A stretch of 62,171 nt of DNA, the filler included. It is 5 parts of 5 records of this genome, joined end to end, with 100 filler letters (N's around TTAATTAATTAA, not from the genome) between each part and the next. Parts side by side here need not be neighbours in the genome. Positions count along the whole stretch, not along the records: positions 1 to 30,058 come from SRR2962707_1463; 4 more parts are not named here. One strand, 5' to 3'. Shown one piece after another: positions 8,375 through 17,451 of the stretch. Every line of letters starts with the position of its first letter. Within the stretch, counting starts at the first letter, position 1. Under the pieces are notes generated by a model. The model saw only the letters and a list, made by a program, of their open reading frames with translations, was not told the origin of the DNA and did not search any database. Position numbers and translations under genes: made by a program.

Positions 8375-9754
8375 TCAGGCAGCCAAGGCAGCCTCCCGTC
8401 GGGTAATAAGTCGGGCTGTGACGCGACGGGCATCCTCAGCCAAAGTGGGAAGGTCGGTATTTGGCAAACATCCGTTCACAACCAAGGGCTTTCCACCGAT
8501 AAAGCTATGGCGCACGCGGGCGCCGCCCGTGATGATCGGCGCCACAGCTGGGTCGTGGAGGCCGAAGGCGCGCGGCTCTGTCAGGTCGAACAGCACAATA
8601 TCCGCGGCCATGCCGGGTTCAAGCCGCCCGATTTTGGGAAACCCCAAAGCGCGCGCCCCCCCGTCTGTGGCCCAATGCAAAATCGTTTCAGCCTTTGCGG
8701 CACCGACACCTTTTGTTGCCCGGTGCAGGGCAAAGGCGGAATACAGTGCCAGCCCCATATCTGCGGCTTCATTGGCTCCCGCGCCATCGACGGCCATCGA
8801 GACGATACCGCCTGCCTCGTGCAAAGCATCCGCTGGTGCAATTCCCGACCCCAAACGCGCATTTGCCTGGGGGCAATGTGCCATGGCCGTTCCGGTCTGC
8901 GCCAACAGGTCCACTTCGTCCGCGTCAATCTCGACCATATGTGCAAACCACACATCCGGCCCAAGCCATCCGTGTTTTTCCAGCCAAGGCACAGGGCGTT
9001 GCCCATGAACCTTGAGAGTGTAGTCCACATAAGCCATGTTTTCCGACAGATGGGAATGAAGCCGAAGCCCCCCCGCCCGCGCTGTCTGAGCGATTTCGGA
9101 CAGCATCCCGGCGTCGACGTTAAAAGTCGGCGTCGTCGGCGCAACAGCCAAACGCGTCATGGAAAAATCCGACGGGTCATGCCACTTGGCCGCGCTATCC
9201 TGAATACGACCAAGATACTGATCCAGCGTTTCGATGGGCGACGGTGGCAAAGTCGGATCGTCAAAGCTGCGGCCCTTTGTGCCGCCGCCTCGTGCCAGAA
9301 CCAGTCGCAAACCGCATTTCTGAGCCTCGTCAAAAAGAACCTCGACCGGATCATAATCGTAGCGATCTGAGAAAACATAATGGTGGTCGCTTACCGTCGT
9401 GACACCCGTCAGCGCCAGCTCAGCCAAGCCAATCCGAGCCGAGACACGCAGGGTCTCTTCGTCAAGCAAGGGCCACCATGTATAGGGCACCTGCATCAAC
9501 CAAGTGTCTAAAGCTTCGTTCAAGCCGTTCGGCACACCCTTCAAAACCGACTGGAACAAATGGTGATGCGTATTCACCAATCCCGGCGTGACAACACAAC
9601 CTGTGGCATCCACAACCCGCTCACCCGGCAAGGGGGTCAGATCGCCGATTTCCGCAATTGTCCCGGCCTTAACCCGTAAAGCACCAGAAAACCGCTTGCC
9701 GTCGGCATCTCCGACCAAACCATGGGCAATATTCTGGATTAGAAAATCGCTCAT
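8375..9754 (-). CDS. Amidohydrolase, 8-oxoguanine/isoxanthopterin deaminase (AtzB-like) group
   Basis: PGLVNTHHHLFQ, LHSHLSE, WFAH, AHCPQAN, AVDGAGANE metal-site motifs; start MSDFLI overlaps permease stop (ATGA). Confidence 0.88.
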   Translation of the reverse strand: MSDFLIQNIAHGLVGDADGKRFSGALRVKAGTIAEIGDLTPLPGERVVDATGCVVTPGLVNTHHHLFQSVLKGVPNGLNEALDTWLMQVPYTWWPLLDEETLRVSARIGLAELALTGVTTVSDHHYVFSDRYDYDPVEVLFDEAQKCGLRLVLARGGGTKGRSFDDPTLPPSPIETLDQYLGRIQDSAAKWHDPSDFSMTRLAVAPTTPTFNVDAGMLSEIAQTARAGGLRLHSHLSENMAYVDYTLKVHGQRPVPWLEKHGWLGPDVWFAHMVEIDADEVDLLAQTGTAMAHCPQANARLGSGIAPADALHEAGGIVSMAVDGAGANEAADMGLALYSAFALHRATKGVGAAKAETILHWATDGGARALGFPKIGRLEPGMAADIVLFDLTEPRAFGLHDPAVAPIITGGARVRHSFIGGKPLVVNGCLPNTDLPTLAEDARRVTARLITRREAALAA

Positions 9755-10593
9755 CTCTGTTCCTTTGGCAGCGACCAAGGGAAAAAGAACTTCTGCACCA
9801 AAGATACGATCTGAAACAGGATCAACGACATCGCCACCAGCAAAACAAGACCGGCCCAAGCCTGAGGCAGTTTGAACATGGAGGTCGAAAACTGAATGAA
9901 GTAGCCAATACCAGCCTCGGCCGCGACGAATTCAGAGACCACAGCGCCGATGACTGCTAAGGTGATCGAAATCTTCAGACCTGAGAAGATGTACGGTATC
10001 GCATAGGGAATCCGGATTTGAGTGAATTCCCGATAGGCCGGTGCGCGCAGACTACGGCTGAGCTCAACCAATTCCGGGGGTGTCGCCATCATACCTGTCG
10101 TCATTGAGACAACCAAGGGAAAGAACGAAATCATAAAGGTGATCACAACGCGGGGGGCATCATCCGTGCCGAGCACAACAATGATAATGGGTGCCACGGC
10201 CACAACCGGCACCGATTGAATGACCACCAGCAAGGGATAAAGACAACGCGACAATAGTTTCGACTTGGCCAAGCCAATCGCAATCGGGAGCGAGATCAGG
10301 ATCGACGCACCAAACCCCATTGCCGCAACGCGCAGGGTTGCCCAGATATGTTCAAACCAGCGCCCGGCGCTGACCGCACTATACCCTTGAACAATGCGCG
10401 AGGGCGGCGGCAGCACATAGGTCGGGACGTTGAACGCCCGTGTTCCAAACTCCCAGCACAACAGGATTAATCCGAAAGTCAAAAGCGGCAACACGGCGGG
10501 CATGGCCATCAGTCGGTCTGTCAAAGGCAGCTGGGGACTGGGCACAATGGGCGCGGCATCGGTGTTCGGCGATGGGTCAACGTCGACAGACAT
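9751..10593 (-). CDS. ABC transporter permease, NitT/TauT family
   Basis: LPPPSRI, QSVPVVAVAP, AVIGAVVSEF motifs. Confidence 0.93.
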   Translation of the reverse strand: MSVDVDPSPNTDAAPIVPSPQLPLTDRLMAMPAVLPLLTFGLILLCWEFGTRAFNVPTYVLPPPSRIVQGYSAVSAGRWFEHIWATLRVAAMGFGASILISLPIAIGLAKSKLLSRCLYPLLVVIQSVPVVAVAPIIIVVLGTDDAPRVVITFMISFFPLVVSMTTGMMATPPELVELSRSLRAPAYREFTQIRIPYAIPYIFSGLKISITLAVIGAVVSEFVAAEAGIGYFIQFSTSMFKLPQAWAGLVLLVAMSLILFQIVSLVQKFFFPWSLPKEQR

Positions 10594-10595
10594 GG

Positions 10596-11372
10596 CTACG
10601 CTGGCTCCTTGATCAGTAAGCTACGTAATTCCGCAGCAAAATCTTGAATTTCGGGGTCGCGCATACTGCGTTCGGAACGCGGACGCGGCAACGGCACTTT
10701 GTAGTCTGCGATCACCCGACCGGGGCGCTCGCTCATCACCAGAATGCGGTCGGCCAAAAGAATGGCTTCGGGAATGGAATGTGTGATGAACATCACGGTT
10801 TTCGGGCTGTCCTGCCAAAGCCGCAACAGCTCAAACCCCATGGCGTCACGGGTCAAGGCATCCAGAGCCGAAAACGGTTCGTCCATCAGCAGGATATCAG
10901 GGTTGCGGAACAGGGCGCGGGCAATCCCAACACGTTGTTGCATCCCGCCCGACAATTCACTTGGCAGGCGTTTCTCAAATCCGGCAAGCCCAACCGTTGC
11001 GATAACTTCGCGGGCGGCTTCTCGGTCGGCAGCGCCGACACGACCCTTGGTGTGCTTGACCGGGAACACAACGTTGTCTTCGACATTCGCCCAAGGCAGC
11101 AACGTGGGTTGCTGAAAGACAATACCGATGTCTTCGCGAGGACGGGTGATGGGCACGTCATACACCATCACCTGACCCGCAGTTGCCGGCATAAGGCCAG
11201 AGGTCAGCCTAAGAAGGGTCGACTTTCCGCAGCCCGACGGGCCAAGCACCGCAACAAATTCATGCTGTGCGATCGAAATGTCGACGCCACTTAGCGCCGT
11301 GAGCGGGCCGGTGTCGGTCGCAAAGACCTGACCTACCCGCTCAAAGCGTATTGCCGCAGGGGCTTCGCTCAT
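10596..11372 (-). CDS. ABC transporter ATP-binding protein, NitT/TauT family
   Basis: GPSGCGKST, LSGGMQQR, LMDEPFSALD, FITHS. Confidence 0.95.
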   Translation of the reverse strand: MSEAPAAIRFERVGQVFATDTGPLTALSGVDISIAQHEFVAVLGPSGCGKSTLLRLTSGLMPATAGQVMVYDVPITRPREDIGIVFQQPTLLPWANVEDNVVFPVKHTKGRVGAADREAAREVIATVGLAGFEKRLPSELSGGMQQRVGIARALFRNPDILLMDEPFSALDALTRDAMGFELLRLWQDSPKTVMFITHSIPEAILLADRILVMSERPGRVIADYKVPLPRPRSERSMRDPEIQDFAAELRSLLIKEPA

Positions 11373-12364
11373 GAGCCGCTCGGCAAGAAGGAACGGTCCA
11401 CAATGGCTTCGGGCTCAAGCGCTGCTGGATCTAGTCCCTGGCTTTCAGCAACCCGCGACCATGTCGCCGCCAGACGACCCGCCTCAATCGTGCCCAGACC
11501 ATCAGCATCCGTGACTTCATTGAAGATCAATTTGCTGGCATCTAACCAAGATCCCATGACATCTTCGGCACCAAGTTCAGGTACAATCGCCGACACAGCT
11601 TCACCAGCCTTCATCGGGTTTTCCTTAGCAAACTCAATGGACTTTTGCAGAGCCGCAACAAAGCGTTTTGCCACTTCGGGACGCTCTGTCAGGAACTTGT
11701 CAGAGGCAACGAGTGAGGCCGAGTAAAGCTCCAACCCGGCATCTGACCAAGGCAAGACAACAATTTCTTTGCCCGCATCAGCGGCTTGCCCCTTGTAACG
11801 CGACACGTCCGTCAGCCAAGCGATGATCGCGTCGGCCTGACCTGTCATTAAAAGCGGCCCCAATGTGCCGGGATCAGATTTGGTGAGTGAAATGTCATCT
11901 TCGCTCAGACCGTTGTCGGACAGAACCAGCGGCAGAAAGACGTTGGACGAGGTAAAGGGCGATGTGGCAATCGCCTTGCCTTTAACGTCCGCGATTGAGG
12001 AAATGCCTTTATCTGCAGTTGTATAGAAGGCGTGCGGGCCTTTGTTGAACAAAGACATCACTGCTTTGACCGGCACATTCTCAGTGGCAATCGCGGCCAT
12101 CAAAGCGCCCATGCCCGCTGAACCAATGTCCGACGATCCGGTGGCGATCTTTGTGATTGCTTCCGACGAACCGCGACCCGGTTCAATCGATACGTCCAGT
12201 CCGGCCTCGGCACAGAAGCCTTCTTGGATGCAGACATAGATCGGCGCTTTGTCTCCACCGGGCAGCCAATCGAGCTGGTAAGTAACTTTGTCTGCGGCCT
12301 GAGCCGATGTCGCCATCAACGCCGAGGCAGCAAGGCCCAAGAATTTGGGATTACGGAAAAACAC
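11369..12364 (-). CDS. ABC transporter substrate-binding protein, NMT1/THI5-like
   Basis: Signal peptide, KVTYQLDW, EAGLDVSIEPGRGS motifs; GTG start after AAGGA. Confidence 0.9.
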   Translation of the reverse strand: MFFRNPKFLGLAASALMATSAQAADKVTYQLDWLPGGDKAPIYVCIQEGFCAEAGLDVSIEPGRGSSEAITKIATGSSDIGSAGMGALMAAIATENVPVKAVMSLFNKGPHAFYTTADKGISSIADVKGKAIATSPFTSSNVFLPLVLSDNGLSEDDISLTKSDPGTLGPLLMTGQADAIIAWLTDVSRYKGQAADAGKEIVVLPWSDAGLELYSASLVASDKFLTERPEVAKRFVAALQKSIEFAKENPMKAGEAVSAIVPELGAEDVMGSWLDASKLIFNEVTDADGLGTIEAGRLAATWSRVAESQGLDPAALEPEAIVDRSFLPSGS

Positions 12365-12503
12365 AACGGTATCCTTTCAACATGGTCAAAAACAGGTGGG
12401 ATGAGCGGGCACTTGGCATAGCCAAAGTCAGGCAGTTTAGGTTTTGCGTCATCATCAGCCTCCCTGCGCATTCACAGCGCTTGTGGAAATAGGGTCCTCA
12501 GAT

Positions 12504-12542
12504 GAGCAATGTACGGGCGCTCGGCCCTACCGCTTCTACTCC
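12504..12542 (-). promoter_or_regulatory. Xanthine (NMT1 motif) riboswitch aptamer in operon leader
   Basis: Minus strand GGAGUAGAAGCGGUAGGGCCGAGCGCCCGUACAUUGCUC matches the recalled consensus GAGUAGAAGCG...CCCG-NNN-AUUGCUC; upstream of an NMT1/THI5 gene with 2OG oxygenases and deaminases, the known context of this class. Confidence 0.85.
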
Positions 12543-12754
12543 CAGTCAGGGCACCACAACGGCCGAACACGGTTAAGTATTTTCGAGGTTTTTTTGCCTG
12601 ACTCGCGATTTGGAGATCAAAATGCAGGCGTTCATTTGGCTATTTGATCAAAAAAATGGCAGAATTTGCGCAAACATTCAGAAATTCCCAAGTTTCGATT
12701 GCACCAAATGGCATCCAACGAAACCGTGACACCGATCAAATTCGGAGCACCACC

Positions 12755-13246
12755 ATGGCTATTTCTGCTGAGAAAGACCTTGAACTGTTACACCACTCGA
12801 TCGAGTTGGCCCGTCAATCCCGCGCCAGAGGGGACCACCCCTTCGGGGCACTTTTGGCAGGTCCAGACGGTGAGATCCTTTTGGAAGCCATGAATACATG
12901 TGGAACCAAGGGGGATCGTACAGGGCATGCAGAACGCAACCTAATGACCGCGGCGTCCCTCAAATATGATGTCGAATTCCTATCCCAATGCACAATGTAC
13001 ACCAGCGCAGAACCTTGTGCGATGTGTGCCGGGTCAGTCTATTGGACGGGAGTGGGCCGTGTTGTCCACGGCATGTCAGAAGCCGCGTTGAAAGAGTTGA
13101 TCGGCCCGGACCCCGAGAACCTGACAATGGATTTGCCCTGTGTGACCGTTTTCGGCTCAGGCCAACGAAAGGTTGAGGTCGTTGGCCCGCTTCTCGACGA
13201 AGAAAGCGCCACCGTTCACGACGGGTTTTGGTCCGGATTATCCTAA
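12755..13246 (+). CDS. Zn-dependent nucleoside/nucleobase deaminase (guanine deaminase-like, CDA fold)
   Basis: HPFGA, GHAE, SAEPCAMC motifs; ATG 12755 after GGAG; divergent from the ABC operon. Confidence 0.9.
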   Translation: MAISAEKDLELLHHSIELARQSRARGDHPFGALLAGPDGEILLEAMNTCGTKGDRTGHAERNLMTAASLKYDVEFLSQCTMYTSAEPCAMCAGSVYWTGVGRVVHGMSEAALKELIGPDPENLTMDLPCVTVFGSGQRKVEVVGPLLDEESATVHDGFWSGLS

Positions 13247-13258
13247 GCGCACCAAACG

Positions 13259-13282
13259 GCGGGCCTTTTTTAGGCCCGCTTT
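13259..13282. terminator. Hairpin between convergent deaminase and kefC, possible terminator
   Basis: GCGGGCCT-TTTTT-AGGCCCGC perfect 8-bp stem followed by TTT; overlaps kefC stop. Confidence 0.45.
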
Positions 13283-15135
13283 AAGATTGCTTTCATGTCT
13301 TCTATGAGTTCCTCTTCCCAAGCGGCCGACATTTCGACAACTTTTGCCACGTAGCTTTCATTATCGACCCCTGGTTCATCGGGATCATAATGCTGTGCAA
13401 GTGCGATGATTGATTTTCGATCCGTCGCGTCAAATGCCTGTTTCATTTCTTCTGCTTGTTCAGACGTTGCACCCAAGACTTCGTAAGCGGAACGCCCCAT
13501 ACGCAAAGAACTATCATACGTCTCCCGGATGATGTCGCGACACCCGGCAGCCCACAAGTCGTAGACGTGGCTCCGGTCAACGGCACGCGCGATGACATGT
13601 ACATCAGGGTATGTATGTTTAACGTATCTGACCAACTCCGTGATCTGTTCTTTGTTGTCGATTGCGACAACGAACAGCTTGGCCTCTGCCAAACCCGCAG
13701 AATGTAACAGATCAGGCCGGGTGGCATCCCCGTAATAGGCGCGGAAACCGAACTTGCTCAGCATATCGAGCTGCCTTGAGCTGAAGTCGATCACGGTTGA
13801 AGTGAACCCGGCCCCTCTGAGCATGCGGACAACAATACCACCAACCCGACCATGGCCGGCGATGACAATCTTGTTGGTTTCAGGGATTTCATCAGCCTCT
13901 CGGACTTCTTCTGCATTGTAGCGCGGGACGATGACCCGATCAAACAGGATGAACAATGCGGGTGTCAGCAACATCGACATTGCGACCACCAACAACAGCT
14001 GATCCGCAACTGCCTCGGGGATTACGCCGTTGTTGACCGTAAATGACAAAAGCACAAAGCCAAATTCACCGGCCTGCGCCAGACCAAGTGCGAAAAGCCA
14101 TTTATCGGCCCCTCGTAGCTTGAAAACCCAAGCCAAAACCAAAAGAATTGCAATTTTTGTCGCCATCAATCCGAGTGTCAGCCCCAGGATCGACGCGAAA
14201 TTACCGAACAGCAGGGCAAAGTTGATCCCTGCCCCGACGGTCATAAAGAACAGGCCCAGCAAAAGGCCCTTAAAGGGATCGATGTCGGATTCCAGCTCGT
14301 GGCGGTATTCGCTATTTGCCAAAACAACCCCGGCCAAAAACGTGCCCAGCGCCGGGGACAACCCAACCAAAGACATGAGTAACGCGATGCCGATGACAAT
14401 CATCAAGGCCGTCGCGGTGAACAATTCCCGCAACTGCGCGCTGGCGATAAAGCGAAAGATTGGCCCGGTCAGGAAGTTCCCACCCAAAACCACAGCGCCC
14501 ACTGCTGCAACTGTGACCAACGCAGTCTGCCAACCATTTAAGCCATCTACCAAGCTAAGCCCCGGCCCATGATCGCCGGTCTGGCCATGATCACCCGCAT
14601 GAGAGAGGATCTCCATCAATTCTGGCAGAGCCAACAAGGGGATAAGGGCCAACATCGGAATAACCGCAATGTCTTGGAACAGAAGGACAGAAAAGCTCGA
14701 TTGGCCACCATCGCTCTTCATTAGGCCTTTTTCGTTCAGGGTTTGCAGCACAATCGCAGTCGAGGAAAGGGCAAACACCAGACCGATCGCCAGTGAAATG
14801 CTCCAAGGTTGACCGAAAAGCATCGCGACGCCCATAACGGCGATTGTTGTCAAGCCAACCTGCCCTCCGCCAAGGCCAAGGAGCCGCGCTCGCATCGACC
14901 AAAGCAGCCGGGGTTCAAGCTCCAACCCGACCAGAAACAGCATCATAACCACACCGAATTCCGCGAAATGCTGGATCGACACCACATCGACATGCAAGAG
15001 CGCCAGAACCGGGCTGATCAGAATGCCGGCGATCAAGTATCCAAGAACAGAACCTAGCCCAAGACGAGAGGCGATCGGAACCGCAATGACGCCCGCTATC
15101 AAAAAGATGAAAGCCAGTAATAGAAAATCGGTCAT
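13270..15135 (-). CDS. kefC: Kef-type K+/H+ antiporter (CPA2) with TrkA-N domain
   Basis: LGSVLGYL, AEFGVVMMLF, LLFQDIAV, YRHELESDIDPFKGLLLGLFF, GHGRVG, YYGDATR. Confidence 0.9.
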   Translation of the reverse strand: MTDFLLLAFIFLIAGVIAVPIASRLGLGSVLGYLIAGILISPVLALLHVDVVSIQHFAEFGVVMMLFLVGLELEPRLLWSMRARLLGLGGGQVGLTTIAVMGVAMLFGQPWSISLAIGLVFALSSTAIVLQTLNEKGLMKSDGGQSSFSVLLFQDIAVIPMLALIPLLALPELMEILSHAGDHGQTGDHGPGLSLVDGLNGWQTALVTVAAVGAVVLGGNFLTGPIFRFIASAQLRELFTATALMIVIGIALLMSLVGLSPALGTFLAGVVLANSEYRHELESDIDPFKGLLLGLFFMTVGAGINFALLFGNFASILGLTLGLMATKIAILLVLAWVFKLRGADKWLFALGLAQAGEFGFVLLSFTVNNGVIPEAVADQLLLVVAMSMLLTPALFILFDRVIVPRYNAEEVREADEIPETNKIVIAGHGRVGGIVVRMLRGAGFTSTVIDFSSRQLDMLSKFGFRAYYGDATRPDLLHSAGLAEAKLFVVAIDNKEQITELVRYVKHTYPDVHVIARAVDRSHVYDLWAAGCRDIIRETYDSSLRMGRSAYEVLGATSEQAEEMKQAFDATDRKSIIALAQHYDPDEPGVDNESYVAKVVEMSAAWEEELIEDMKAILKRA

Positions 15136-15243
15136 TGGCGTTTAATCCTTTAATGAAAACCCGGGTGTCTCCAGACCCATTCCTCTGCAATTACCGTGTT
15201 TCTATAGATTGGCAAAGCAAGGCTTTGATGAATCTCCGATATA

Positions 15244-16212
15244 TTATGCTTTAGACACTCGGATGACCGTTTGCGCCCGTAACGAAGTCGGCGACAGACC
15301 AAATTCGTTCCGAAAGGCACGCGCCATGGCACTCGCGTTGGTGTACCCCGTCCGTACAGAGATTTCGGAAATCGGCATACGGGTATGTTCAAGCAAGCGT
15401 CTGGCCTCACGCAGTCGAATGCCACGATACAATTCGCGTGGGGACATCCCCAATCGCCGCTGACAAACGCTTTCCAGCATTTTTTGCGACAGCCCGAGTC
15501 TGCTTGCCACCTCTGCGATCTTCAACGGGGTCTCAATATTACGGCGCATGATCGCCGTCGCCACCTCTGGCACACGTCGTAAACTTGGCGGCGCGACAGG
15601 GTCTTGTCCGGGAAACCGTTCACCATGCATGAAAATTGACGCGACTTCGAGGCGGAGCATCGGCCCGTGATGACGTTCGATCAGACGCAAAACCATTTCA
15701 AAGGTCGTCGTTGCGCCACCGCAGGTCATTAAGTCCTCTTCGACTACTACCCGATCTTCGACCACATCAACCTCGGGAAAACGTTCCTGAAAGTTAACCA
15801 GCTCGTCCCAGTGAATGGTGGCTTTCCGCCCGTCCAACACCCCGGCGGCGGCAAGCAACCAACTTCCGGTATCCATACCAACCAAAGTCCGACAGCGATT
15901 GCGCGCAGTCCGCAAGGCCCGTGAACAGGCTTGATCTGCGAGGGTTTCGAACCCGTAGCTGGGCATAACAAACAGGTAGTCTGCGCCGGGATGCCGACCC
16001 AGCGGCATTTCTGGTTGAACCGGTAACCCGCTTGACGATGTCACAGCCTCGCCGTCGAGGCTAAGGAAACACCATCTATAGAGTTTTCGTCTTGAGAGCA
16101 TGTTGGCCGCGCGAAGGGGCTCAACTGCATTCGCAAGACAGTGATTTGAAAACGCGTCGAACAACAAGACCGAAACATCGCGGCATTTCGTAGAGCTTGT
16201 CCATACCTGCAT
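15244..16212 (-). CDS. GlxA family (DJ-1/AraC) transcriptional regulator, probable carnitine/butyrobetaine regulator
   Basis: AVEPLRAAN, ATIHW, C-terminal AraC double HTH; divergent from the carnitine operon. Confidence 0.88.
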   Translation of the reverse strand: MQVWTSSTKCRDVSVLLFDAFSNHCLANAVEPLRAANMLSRRKLYRWCFLSLDGEAVTSSSGLPVQPEMPLGRHPGADYLFVMPSYGFETLADQACSRALRTARNRCRTLVGMDTGSWLLAAAGVLDGRKATIHWDELVNFQERFPEVDVVEDRVVVEEDLMTCGGATTTFEMVLRLIERHHGPMLRLEVASIFMHGERFPGQDPVAPPSLRRVPEVATAIMRRNIETPLKIAEVASRLGLSQKMLESVCQRRLGMSPRELYRGIRLREARRLLEHTRMPISEISVRTGYTNASAMARAFRNEFGLSPTSLRAQTVIRVSKA

Positions 16213-16243
16213 GATTATTGACCAATTCTGCACGATCCTGATC
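16208..16243. promoter_or_regulatory. Candidate GlxA/AraC tandem binding site
   Basis: Imperfect direct repeats TGCATGATTATTGAC (16208) and TGCACGATCCTGATC (16229), 21 bp apart, in the divergent promoter. Confidence 0.4.
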
Positions 16244-16289
16244 GTGAAACCTTTGCACTGTTGGGTCATATCCACAAGAGGTTGGCCCC

Positions 16290-17450
16290 ATGCATTTCGG
16301 ATTGAGCGCAGAGCAAGAGATGATCGTCTCCACGGTCCGAAGCTTCGTTGAAAAGGAAATCTATCCTCACGAAGCCATGGTCGAGAAAACCGGCCACGTG
16401 CCCGCCGAGCTTGGACAAGAGATTAAACAAAAGGTCATCGACTTAGGCTTTTACGCCTGCAATTTCCCAGAGACCGTGGGCGGCGCGGGCCTTTCCCACT
16501 TAGACTTTACCTTGGTTGAGCGCGAGCTGGGACGAGGATCAATGGCCCTGACGCATTTCTTTGGTCGCCCTCAAAACATCCTGATGGCCTGTGAAGGCGA
16601 TCAAAAGGAACGTTACTTGTTACCGGCGGTGCGTGGCGAACGCATGGATGCTTTGGCCATGACCGAACCAGACGCGGGATCAGACGTGCGCGGAATGAAA
16701 TGCAGCGCCGTTCGGGATGGCGGGGATTGGGTCATCTCAGGCTCCAAGCACTTTATATCCGGCGCTGAACACGCGGATTTCTTTATTGTCTTTGTCGCCA
16801 CCGGGTCAGATGACACGCCGAAGGGCCCCAAGAAACGTATCACTTGTTTTCTGGTAGATCGCGGCACCCCCGGCTTTGACGTGCGCGACGGTTATGCCTC
16901 TGTGTCTCATCGGGGCTACAAAAACTATGTTCTGTATTTCGATCAGTGCCGCCTGCCGGATGCGCAGGTTCTGGGCGAGGTCGATGGCGGGTTCGAGGTC
17001 ATGAACGAATGGCTTTATGCCACACGGCTGACCGTTGCCGCCTTTTGTGTTGGTCGAGCGCGCCGTTGCTTTGATCATGCGCTCAGCTATGCCGCAGAAC
17101 GCAAGCAATTTGGACAGCAGATTGCCAAATTCCAGGGCATCAGCTTTCAGATCGCCGATATGATCACAGAGATCGACGCCGCTGACTATCTGACCTTGGG
17201 TGGCGCTTGGCGACTGGATCAAAACCTGCCCGCCAACCGGGAAATCGCCAGTGCCAAACTTTATGCCTCAGAAATGCTGGCCCGTGTAACCGATGCAACG
17301 CTTCAAATTCATGGCGGTATGGGCCTTATGGATGACTTCCCCATTGAGCGGTTCTGGCGCGACGCGCGGGTTGAACGGATCTGGGACGGCACCAGCGAAA
17401 TTCAACGCCATATCATCAGCCGAGACCTTTTGCGGCCTCTCGGGGCCTGA
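16290..17450 (+). CDS. Acyl-CoA dehydrogenase (gamma-butyrobetainyl-CoA dehydrogenase-like)
   Basis: AMTEPDAGSD, RKQFGQ, QIHGGMG, RIWDGTSEIQR; first gene of the carnitine operon. Confidence 0.9.
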   Translation: MHFGLSAEQEMIVSTVRSFVEKEIYPHEAMVEKTGHVPAELGQEIKQKVIDLGFYACNFPETVGGAGLSHLDFTLVERELGRGSMALTHFFGRPQNILMACEGDQKERYLLPAVRGERMDALAMTEPDAGSDVRGMKCSAVRDGGDWVISGSKHFISGAEHADFFIVFVATGSDDTPKGPKKRITCFLVDRGTPGFDVRDGYASVSHRGYKNYVLYFDQCRLPDAQVLGEVDGGFEVMNEWLYATRLTVAAFCVGRARRCFDHALSYAAERKQFGQQIAKFQGISFQIADMITEIDAADYLTLGGAWRLDQNLPANREIASAKLYASEMLARVTDATLQIHGGMGLMDDFPIERFWRDARVERIWDGTSEIQRHIISRDLLRPLGA

Positions 17451-17451
17451 C

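Noticed and set aside
12657-12671. Possible sigma-54 promoter TGGCAGAATTTGCGC before the deaminase
   Set aside because: The -12 element and spacing do not fit TGGCAC-N5-TTGC well.
12543-12754. A third NMT1 aptamer on the plus strand for the deaminase
   Set aside because: No GAGTA...ATTGCTC pattern found.
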